From the human T2T-CHM13v2.0 reference genome, Homo sapiens, in the NCBI RefSeq assembly GCF_009914755.1, contig NC_060925.1: DNA of 64,000 nucleotides; one strand, given 5' to 3'. A model generated the notes under the pieces. It saw only the letters and a program-made list of their open reading frames with translations, was not told the DNA's origin and made no database searches. Each line of letters opens with the position of its first letter. Position 1 is the stretch's first letter. The position numbers were made by a program, and so were the translations under genes. Below are positions 53,476 through 64,000 of the stretch, one piece after another.

Positions 53476-55974
53476 AAGAGAAGTGGAAGTGGGTGTTTCA
53501 GATAGAGAGTGTTTCCTTCCATTTTTGGAATGGACTAGCTGTAGACAAATCCCTTTTCTATCACTGTATTCATAGGTATAATTCCTAATGACTAGTATTT
53601 CAAGAGAGGTTCATGTGATACCTGAAAGGTGAACTCACTCTGTATTAGGGGCAAAAAAAAAAACAAAAAAAAAAGCAGCAGTCTCTGCTATTTTGAAACT
53701 TGCTTTTCATTGGAAAGATGCTGAAGGCAGAAGTGTACAATTGCTTGCCTTTCAATATTCCATTTGCAAGAACATCTTTTCATTGATCTCTGTCTATATG
53801 TCCTGAGAGTGTGTGCTGTTAATTTGTTTATTGAGGTATGGATCCCATAGTGTTGCCAACACTTACGCCTCCCATTAATGTTCTTTGTAATGGTTTATTT
53901 TGACTTCTTTTGCAGCAAACACACATCTGCTATTGTAGACAGAACTCTATACAAATCCAAACAAAACAAAACAAAAAAGCCAGTTCCAACGGATGCTAAG
54001 TTCAAGTATCTTTGATGGTAGTTTATTTTACTGTGGAAATATGTTTTATTCTGACTTGTATGGGTGCTTGAGTAATCAAAAGTTAGTTTCATAAACAACT
54101 TCATGGTGACAAATTCTTATTCCATTTATTGAACTAAAAAATTTTAAATTTTCACATGTTGTGTCTTGTTAAATTTTAAAATGTGAGAGATTTTGAAATT
54201 ACAACTCTTACCAAATTATTCGAGTATAACAACAGTTTTGATAAATCCAGTTTTTTTTTCAATTTTTTTAATGCTTCTATTTTTGAGCAAGTACTTCCTA
54301 CATGCTGGCAGCTCTTGTGCCAGAAAATGTATGAATTTTGCTGCATTTCACTCTCTCAGCAGGCCAGCCAGTTATATATTTTCCCCATTTCACAGATGTA
54401 ACCAAGGCTCAGAGAATTTTGATGAGTCACCCTTTGTCAGAACAGATTATAATGCCTACCCATTGGTTCAATATTTGTTCAGAAGAGTTCTGAATGTTTC
54501 AAGTCAAAGAAGGTCATGATTTAAAATCTCTCTGGGCTGATAAAATAGGCATTACACTAAGGGTTTATATTACTATTTCCAGGGCACTAGAAATTCTTAT
54601 GCATAAAGTGTTATTTTCTGACATTACGTAGCTTGATTTATTTTTATGGTAAGCCTATTGTAGAGTTTGATACATATTTAAACAAGAAAAAGGAAATTAA
54701 ATCTTAAAAGATCATTTATATGAGATTAAAGAGGCTATCTTAAATACACATATGTGGATAAGGGAAATGTTAACTAAACTGCGTTTCATTTCTGAGTCAG
54801 ATTCCCTTCCTGCTCTCCTCTGTCTGAAAAGTTCTTCAATCACCATTTTTTCACTGAGAGAAAAGGCTCAGCCTTTCCAGTGGGCCCTGAAATACTGCTG
54901 CTATTAGGCTAGGGACCAGACAGTTAATTTGTTTAAAGATGTCCAAGGAAGGTCTTGAAGTTTAAGAGCTTCAGAGGTGATTGATGCATATGGGCACATT
55001 TCAAAGACATTATGTTTTCTTTTTTCACTAGTCAAGTATGTCCCAGTCTTTCAAAGGTACACAAAGAAAATGACACTATTTTTGGCTGCTTACACCTCCT
55101 GCCTAAATTGTAGCTTGATCCTTTTCAGGGTCCAAATTTGTAGAGTCTTCACTCAAATTTACACAAATTATTCCTCTTGTATCCCATTCCCTTTCCTATT
55201 ATTGCCCTTTCTGGCCTAAGGCTGGAACCCTAAGTTTATAGCAAAAGCACTTCATGATCCTCTTAAGCAGAGAAACCTGTGGACTTTAATCTGTGATGAA
55301 AAACAAAAATGTCACGTTGTCATAGGTTTTTGTGAGGACAACTACTACCTAGCTCTCATTGGACCCTTTATCTCCATTTTATTAAATAATGAAACTTATT
55401 TTACCATCTTATTATTTTACCCACATGATGGTCCTACATAGAATAATGCAATAGAAGGAGTCAACAATAGTAGGAAAAACTTTATTTCTAATCTTTTTTT
55501 GTATTTGCATTTTTACTAATATCTATGGTAATGTGTTAAAGACTCAGGGTTATAGAATTGTGGCAGAAAAGTCAGAATAATGAACTGAAAATAATATTTT
55601 TATTTTTCCTTCTTTGTCTTTACTATTTAGTTACCAATTATTTTCAGTGACCAAAAATTTTATTTTCTGAGAAGGTTAAAAGTCTACGTTTAAACCCTTA
55701 TGGGAAACCTATAGTAAGTTATAAAGAGTAAAATTCTCTACTCATTGTGTCAGTATCAATTATTGTTTTAACTTTGATAATACAGTATACAGATTGGTTC
55801 TAAAATAATAAAATAATCTGTAGAATATTGGACATCTTCCAGATGCATTTTCTTAGTTCTTCTCTTGCTCTCTTGCTTCTCTTTGCTGACTTCTATTATT
55901 CTGGTATTTTAAATCTTGATGTTTGTTAAGTTTATTTCAAACAGAAATTTTTCTACTCCTTGCATAACAAGCAC

Positions 55975-55977
<3 letters not shown>

Positions 55978-56010
<33 letters not shown>
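55978..56010. repeat. (TG)n microsatellite
   Basis: Read directly. Confidence 0.97.
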
Positions 56011-56012
<2 letters not shown>

Positions 56013-56603
56013 CTGAATATTGGTGTGTGGTCAAGGGAGCTTTCTGCATTTCTGTAACTGCTGATAAAACAGTATTTTATCTGAACATAAGGCAGACTCC
56101 CCTTTTCTTAGACATTGATTTTTGTACATATCAACTGGGTCATTCTGAGTGCTCAACTGTTTATACTAGAGGTAAAAGAAAGGACCCAAGAATTGAGATA
56201 TACAGATACCGATCCAGATGCAAGAAGAAACATATGAAAATAAGAGGGAACCATCCAGGACTGTGTTTTTTATAGTGAAAGCAAATTGAAGGCCTTCTCT
56301 TGTGTTCCTTTCCTTTTCTCTTCCCTTCCCTTTCATATTAGTGCCTTTTTGGACTCTATGCTTTATAGATCTCTATTTATAATAACAATAAAGGGCTAAG
56401 ATGTTATTATGAAATTTTGCCATTATATACTTTTGGATAAGTAAGTGATGTCCAAGCTCTGGCTCTAATGCAATAATAGAGAAGATATTTTAAAAAAATC
56501 CAGAGTTACATGAGCCAGATTACTCTGCATTTTGTTCATTCATTAATTCAGACTCCATTTATTGATGTTTACTGTGTGCTTTGTTCTAAGGTACACTTTA
56601 AAA

Positions 56604-57030
56604 TTGTGATGAGCAATATGATAGCCACTAGACATGTGTGGCTAATTAAATTTAAAATAATTAAATGTGACTAAAATATACAATTTAGGTATTCAATCAC
56701 ACCAGTTGCTTTTTAAGCATTAGCCACTGAGACTAGCGGCTACTATAACAGCACAGATATAGAATATTTCCAGCATGGCAGAAAGTTCTTTTTTTCGATG
56801 CTTAATAAATACTTATCAAATAAGTGAATAAATATCTCAGTTAACATATACTGTAGCCTGGGAGGTAGGAACTAATTATTTTATTATTACCCAACTGATA
56901 CCCATTCATTACCAAGAAATCAGAAAAATGTAGATTTACAAAAGGAGAAAATACTAATCACCTCTAATTCTACTACCCATAGATCATTTCAGTTAACAGT
57001 TGGCATGTATCTACAGAAGTCCAAGTACTT

Positions 57031-57069
<39 letters not shown>

Positions 57070-57369
57070 TTTTTCTTTCCAACTTTTATTTTGGGTTCGG
57101 GGTTGTGGGGTACATGTGCAGGTTTGTACATGGGTAAATTGTGTGTTGCAAGGGTTTGGTGTACAGATGATTTCATTGCCCAGATAATAAGTGTAGTAGC
57201 TGACAGGCAGTTTTTAGGTCCTCTTGCTTCTCTCATGCTCCACCCTCAAATAGGCCCTGGTGTCTATTTTTCCCTTCTTTACATCCATGTGTTTAGTTCC
57301 CACTAAAGTGAAAACATGCAGTATTTGACTTTCTATTCCCACTGCAGAAAGTTTTATTGGGCCACAGAA
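56604..57369 (-). mobile_element. MER3 (hAT-Charlie), split into 56604-56789 and 57344-57369, sitting in an L2
   Basis: caatatgatagccactagacatgtgtggcta...cagcacagatatagaatatttccagcatggcagaaagttct|...|gcagaaagttttattggg. Confidence 0.85.
57029..57339 (-). mobile_element. L1PA13-15-like 3' end with (TAAA)n tail
   Basis: ccaacttttattttggg...ggtacatgtgcaggtttg...ctccaccctcaaataggccctggtgtc...aacatgcagtatttg. Confidence 0.9.
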
Positions 57370-57849
57370 TTCTAAAAATTTAATGGTGAATAAGAAAACC
57401 CAGTCCTTACCCTAAATTACAGTGATAGACGAAGACCTTTTTTTTTTTTTTCAAAGACAAGGCATGAATACTATGCTCTTTCCTGAAGTAAGAAGGAAAC
57501 AGATAAATGCTGGAGAAAAAAAAATAATGGGTTGGATGGGAAAACCTTTCTTAGGCAATATTTAAGGTAATAAATGAAAAAGAAGGAGCTGGCTATGCAA
57601 AGGGTATTATTCCACCAGGCCGCAGCTACGAAAAACCATGCCCTTTTTTCTGATCACTGTTCTCTGCTACTTTTCTCTATTGACTTTCTTGAAGAACTGG
57701 ATCTAATTAATGGTGAGTCTCCAACTATGAGACCTCATCTGAAATCTGAATTCTGAACTTCAGGCTTCAGGTCTAAGGCATGTCATCACTTTCGAGCTGT
57801 ATCTTCCTGACTCCAAAGTCCGTCCTCCTCTTTAGCACATTCAGGACCA

Positions 57850-58570
57850 GCAAGGAACTGTGTCATCTCTCTGTATTCGCATGAGTGAGTGACCCAAACA
57901 TATTGACACTTGAAAAATATTTGTTGAATAAGACAGCAGATGCCCTAGATACTCCTCCATCAGCTCGGATGTAACACCCACAAATAAACACAACCAGCCT
58001 CCTGGAAAGTCATCACAACCTCCCACATTACTCATTTCCAGGGCATCCACATTCTCTCAGTGTCAAAGGATTAAAACCTCAAAGTCTTGCTTGACTTTCC
58101 CCGTCATACTCTCTATCTAATTAGCCATTGAGTCTATTTATTCTTTCTTTGCTTTCTGCCACCACTCAGTCTTTTTCTGATCGCCTCATGCCACCTAATG
58201 TCTTAGTTCCCAGACTCTCTTCCAGTTCTGCCTTCAAGATCCCTGCACACAAACCTGAGATGGCTTCTCTTCGCCCTACTCAGCTTGACATTCAAAGCTT
58301 CCCAAATCTGCTTTAATTTTCCCTTGCTGACCATATCTCCCTCCTGCCTGTCCATCCTGTCATCTGATTGCCTCCTTATCTCACTTTCTCATAATAGATA
58401 CCATGGTCAATTCTGATTTATTTTTACCAGCAAAATTCCTTATACATAGAAGCCATTCATTCGTATAATCAATATTTATTGAATGCCTACTATGTTTAAG
58501 CACTGCCCTACAAGCTAGAAACATACAGTGAACCAGACAGACACAATATCTGCTCCCAAGAACTTGATCC
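57850..58570. mobile_element. L2 fragments in both orientations
   Basis: aaaatatttgttgaataa tail; aaaacctcaaagtcttgcttgacttttccc; cattcattc...atatttattgaatgcctactatg. Confidence 0.6.
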
Positions 58571-59469
58571 ATTCCTGTCCCTTGCTAGTTTCAATCTTAT
58601 TCAGAGGATTAGGTCTATTTACCTTCATGAGGTCTTCACTTCCTTTGCTTCCCAACTCACAATGGACAAACTTCCTCCAAATTTCCCCAGCATTTACTGC
58701 TCTTATTTCATATTTTGACATTTGGTTCATTCAGTCAACAAACTTTGTATAAAGTACTCTCACTACATGCCAGAGACTGCTATTTTCTTTGATGAATATA
58801 ACCTTGTAAAATCCATAATTTATTACTTTGAACCATTTACATATTCACATAACTGACAATAGTAACAAGTGGTGGCTGTATAACTCAGTGGATAGGAAGT
58901 GCCTGCCACCTCAGTGCCTGTGCACCATGAACCCTCTCTACATGGTTTGTATTTTGGCACTGCACTACCCATGGACACACTGTAGGCAGCAGAGTGAGGA
59001 TATGAACTGTTTCAATCTGACTCTAAAGTCCAACCTCCTCTTTAACATAGTCAGGGGTAGTCAGGGATCATACTGTCTCTCTGTATTCCCCTAAGTACCT
59101 AAAACTCATTGACACTTGAGAAATATTTGTTGGATAAAAGAATTCAGTCATGTCTTCATCATGGTCCAAACATCAAGCGCGCCTCTTTCTGGGCATGCAA
59201 GAAGCAAACGGTTTCCAGAAGGTGCAGTATCTAATAAGTGGAGATCTGCTGGGACAGCCACTTGTTACTCTCAATATATAAATATGGGAACGAGACAGTT
59301 AAAAAATAACATATTCATTTCCATTTGTAGACCATCTGAACAGGTGACATCTTGTTATAAATAATAATAAATTTAGAGATCCTTCCGGGCTAAGGCCTGC
59401 TTAAAAGGGTAGAGTCAAGAGGTGGAACTCAAACAATCTAAGAGTTTAAAAAGCCTTTTTTGTTTGCTT

Positions 59470-59990
59470 TGAATGTAAAATTTCACAAAGATTCTTTTGT
59501 TCAATGAAACAAATATATAGAGCACCTATTGAAAATACACACGCACACATGCAAACACAGTTGTCTAGGCACTGTGAGAGAATCAAAGCAAAAGGGAAGA
59601 ATTATCCACTGGCATTATAGAAAAGAGAGCTACAAACAAAAATGCTTCTAATAATATAAGGTCTGATGTAATTGAGCTCTAATGGAAGTACAAAGGTGAT
59701 GCGAGGGTACTGTAGAGTGAGAAGTTAATTTTAGCTGAGGAAAGTGTAGGTGACTTAATGGACAAGATAGGATTTTAAGTGAGCGTTAAATATAGCTAAC
59801 TACTGAAGGCAAACATTACATGAAAAGGTATGTCAGGTAGAGAAAACAGCCAGAACAAAAGCTGGAGCAATAGAATTCAGGAAAGAAACAAAGTGCTTTG
59901 GAAAACACACCTACAAAGGTCAAGAGAGGATCCACTGAGGAAGGCATTGGATTTCAGAGCCAGGAGATGAGATCATGCTTTTGTGGAGTG
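59470..59990 (-). mobile_element. L2 fragment
   Basis: aaatatatagagcacctat...ctaggcactgtg...tcaggtagagaaaacagccagaacaaaagc. Confidence 0.5.
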
Positions 59991-60949
59991 GGTGAGGTAG
60001 CTCCCCGCCCGTACTTTGAAATTGGACAGCCAAAACCCAAAATGATGTAAGATGGGATAACGCTGATGGAGGATGAAGGCAGAGTGTTCTTTGCATTTAG
60101 GGGATAGAAAAACTTTGAAACCTCCCTAGTAACAAGGTTAAAGCATAGAGGGCCAAGCTCCTAGGATAGCAGGGTATTTGATGTGCTCCTTGCATGCTTT
60201 ATCATTATTGTTGTTAGTACTAAACTGTGACAAGTATTTTCCAAAGTAATTTATCAGTTCCTTCCAATTTAAACTTTCCCATTATTTTCTGCATTTCCTT
60301 CTAGCACTCATAAAACTGTGAAAGATGGGCTTTATTGTATTAGTTCATATTTTAATTGCATTTTACACTTTCTAAATGATTTATAACCACTAATACTTTG
60401 TGATGAATAAGTAGTCATTTGTAACCACTATTTATTTTCAGCAACACATGACAAAATCAGAGTGTGGAGATATTTTTGCATGAAACCAAAAGGTTCTTTC
60501 ACACAGAAACCTCCTTATGAAAGCAAAGCAACAAGATGCCAGAATGCAAACCAAGTTTTCTCTCTGTTAAGAAGTTAAGGATATGACATAGTGCTTGACT
60601 GCCTCTTCCACTAACTAGCTCTTTGACCAGCACCATGTGAAAAAGAGAAGAATTGGTCTCACTGCTCTTTAAGATCTCACTTTTCTCTAAAATGGGTTCC
60701 TAGAATATATAAAAACACTGAAGTTTTAAAATTTCATTTTATATCATAATACCACATATTTTCTTACTTCATGTAATGTTTTTGCCTGATATTTTGTCTG
60801 ATGTTAACTCTATTGAAAGATGATTACAAAATGTAATAGCAGCAGCACCTCGTATTTCAAGGCAGAGAAATGTAAATGTTCGAGGTGTAGTGTAAAAGCC
60901 AACATAAACTCCACTTAATCTTCTTACAATAAAGTAAGACCATTGACTC

Positions 60950-61450
60950 AATAAAACCCCAGTTTGTGTCTCTAATCCACCACTTCACTAGCTTTGCAAC
61001 TTGGGCAAGATACATAACCATTCTAGAGCTGTTTCTTCATCTATAAAATGGGGATAATAGGCCGGGCATGGTATCTTATGCCTGTAATCCCATCACTTTG
61101 GGAGGCTGAGGCGGGCAGATCACTTGAGGTCGGTAGTTCAAGACCAACCTGACCAACATGGAGAAACCCCATCTCAACTAAAAATACAAAATGAGCTGGG
61201 CGCAGTGGCTCATGCCTGTAATCCCAGCTACTCAGGAGACTGAGGCAGGAGAATTGCTTGAACCAGAGAGGCAGAGGTTGTGGTGAACTGAGATAGCACC
61301 ATTGGTCTCCAGCCTGGGCAACAAGAGTAAAACTTCGTCTCAAAAAAAAAAAAAATGGGGATAATAATGAGTGTGAAGTGTGAAGATTTATTAAATTATT
61401 TGAATTAAAATATGCAAAGCAAGCATAGTGTTTTCATTTGTAATAAGAAT
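60950..61450 (+). mobile_element. MIR split by AluSp
   Basis: ccacttcactagctttgcaacttgggcaag...gtttcttcatctataaaatggggataata|...|tgtgaagatt. Confidence 0.75.
61060..61351 (+). mobile_element. AluSp
   Basis: ctgaccaacatggagaaacccc and caacaagag diagnostics; perfect 15-bp TSD aaaatggggataata (61045-61059, 61352-61366). Confidence 0.96.
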
Positions 61451-63403
61451 TCTACTACTACCTGCTATCCTATAAAAATGAATTAGGCATGGTCCCAGCC
61501 CTTAAGAAAAACAGCTTGGAAAAGGGGGTGGGCACATTAACAAATTGTACAGGAAAGAAAGTGTTATTATCTTGAAAGCAGCGCAGACAAAAGACTGGGA
61601 ATTTAGAAGTGGCATCTGCATGTTTTCTATTTAGTGTTTGTGCCATTGACCTTGAACCAGTGGTCTAAGGGCCTATACTTGGACACCTTTATATTGTTTC
61701 TTGCTTCTTGTTCACAAGGTGCACATGAGAAGATACTCCCTGGAACATGCTTGAGGGTTAGAGTGTGAAAGCAACTTCTCCTTTAACTTCCCTGTAGTGT
61801 GGCTCTGCTGTATTTCAGCAGGTGGTGAGGGCAGTGGGATTTGGAAGAGTCCAGGGCATGACCTCCCAACTGTTACAAGGCCCAAACGCTTCACCATTAC
61901 AAAAGATAGTTCTTTGGAATGAGGTGTTCTATCTCTAAGAATCTCTTCTCATCATAAAAATATGCTATTCCCTCGATAAGAGATAGAAGGCATACCATTG
62001 TTTAAGTGGCAGTTTGTGTGTGTGTGGCGGGGTGAGGGGGAGGGGGAGACAGTATTTTAAAGTGTATTACGTTGTTAAAAACATTCTAATTTCAAAAATA
62101 CTAAGATGCCTGACATAAATATGCATCTAAGAATTGAAATATAATACATTATAGAGAAGCATTCGGACATACTGCACTTATGTCAGAGTAACTCAAAAGC
62201 CCATTCGTTCATACATCCCTTCATTTAACAACTATTCGTTGAGTGTTTGGCATACAATCTTCTGGGCTACGAATGAGGTGGCTTAAGACATGGTTTACGC
62301 AAACCAGAGCTCTAAATTTAGATGGAGATGTGCACTGACAATGTGGTGAGGTAAGTGTTGATGAAGACAGCTATGAGGGGTTGCTACAACACCAAGGATG
62401 TGGCAATTAATTGACTAGGGAGGACTTTGGGAATATTTGGAGAAAAAATGGTTATTGAAAGATCAGTGAGGAATCTTTGTCACACTTTCATCTGTTCAGA
62501 GTAAAACCAAGCAATGAGGACTAGGACCGCAGACCTGCTCTGGGAATCATATGTGGTGGGCTCATTTCCAGAATCTGGCTGCCATAATGCTCATTTAAAT
62601 CATTCTGACTACAAAGCTTTGCTCTTGTGCCCATGCCTACTTTCTTCTATTTCAGCTCTTAATGCTCAGACTCTCCTTTTCAGACACCATTTGGGAACCA
62701 CTGTTCCCTGGTTCAACCTCAGCTTTTCCTTGTAGTAACCTTTCTGGCCTTTATTTTCTAACTCCACTCACCATATCTACAGGTAGAAACCACATTTGCT
62801 TTCTGCCTTATGTTGAAGCAACCCAGAACCACTCCTCTTCCTTGTGATAGGAGAAAGCAGAAGATCTGGAACACTTCTGTTTGGAGGGTGGCAGGTGGAG
62901 AAGATGGGAAGAAAGTATTCTGGGCAAACAGAAGAACATTGTTCTTTCTCACTGGGCAGAGAGTTTCAGGAATTTATACTTTGCTTGATCTATCATAATG
63001 CGGATGGGTATACCTGACTTACAGGATATTGTGAGATTGGAATGAAGGAGAGCATGTAAATACACCCAGCACATAGTAAATATTCAATAAATATATATTT
63101 TTTTAATTCCCGTGCCAATGTGATAAGCAGCTTCTGTCAAAGATGTCCTGTTTTCTCCCAGGAGAAGCCATAGGAGATTCCTTTCACAAATACATTTGCC
63201 AGAACATTACCTAGATAACAAGACAAATGGCAATTGAAATTACGTGATGATTTTGACTTAACTATCGCCTCCTGCCTCTCTCAATATACGCCTGGGCAAG
63301 GATTTAATCATGAGGGTCATCTTGACAATCTCATGCTCTGTGGAGAGCTGTTGCATTATTTCATTGGCCAAAATCTTTTAGGACTGAGAATTCCTACTGA
63401 AAA

Positions 63404-63429
63404 GTGTGTGTGTGTGTGTGTGTGTGTGT
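63404..63429. repeat. (GT)n microsatellite
   Basis: Read directly. Confidence 0.95.
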
Positions 63430-64000
63430 TTCAAAATCCATAGGTAGAGTACTATGGTAAAGGGTAGCCAGAGAGGGAGAGAGATTAAGGATGATGCTGA
63501 TAACTCTCAAAATTTCCGTGTAGTTTGGGTCAGAACTAAATAGTATACGTGGTAGTTGGCTATGAGCTAAAGTTTCAGCATGTTTTCTTCGGGATTTTGG
63601 GAATGGCACATGTATTCTGCTTGAATAGAAATAGGCTTAGTTCATTTTAAGTCAAAGAATCATTGAATAATAGATCTCCAGGGTTTGAGGAAGGGGCATT
63701 TGAATTCAATTAATAAAACTATTGTTGATGTTCGATTCACTCTTGATCATCCCAAACAATTGGATATATTCCCTCTCCAGAGAAAATATTTTATCTTTCT
63801 AAGACTCTCAGAAAATAAGAGAATATTTTACATTGCATCTGATTCAGCTGACTTGATGTTCCATCCATTTATCCTAGATTTCCTTTCTGCAGTCATGAGA
63901 ACACATCTTTGTCATCTTGTATGAAAACAATGTAGTTACATAAGCTGCCAGAGGGTTTATCAACATCTTTCAAGTGGCTCTTTGGTATGGGATGGGACAG

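Noticed and set aside
62026-62048. Possible G-quadruplex ggcggggtgagggggaggggg
   Set aside because: Only three tracts of three or more G; not a canonical four-tract motif.

Overview
Primate genomic DNA, probably human or another ape (AluS, THE1, MSTs, LTR12/LTR12C, MADE1). It reads as intergenic or deep-intronic. I see no host protein-coding exon, tRNA, rRNA or CRISPR array. The only protein-like ORFs are broken relics: HERV-L pol/dUTPase (13.0-16.4 kb, minus strand) and L1 ORF2 fragments. The window is a layered transposon record. Main structural observations: (1) a probable L1 3' transduction splitting a MER3 element (56.8-57.4 kb); (2) a 5'-inverted (twin-primed) L1MA element with recognisable TSDs, carrying five later insertions (29.5-33.2 kb); (3) a deletion that fused a THE1D LTR to the 3' half of a HERV-L provirus on the same strand; (4) a MADE1 (miR-548-type) hairpin with a 38-bp internal expansion; (5) an LTR12C solo LTR missing its U5 tip but keeping a perfect TSD. 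Two TE-poor blocks (about 20.5-24.5 kb and 50.6-56.5 kb) look like candidate regulatory DNA, one with clustered RFX X-box-like motifs. Repeat family calls come from my recall of consensus sequences, not from a database search. I found no evidence of a wholly new biological system.
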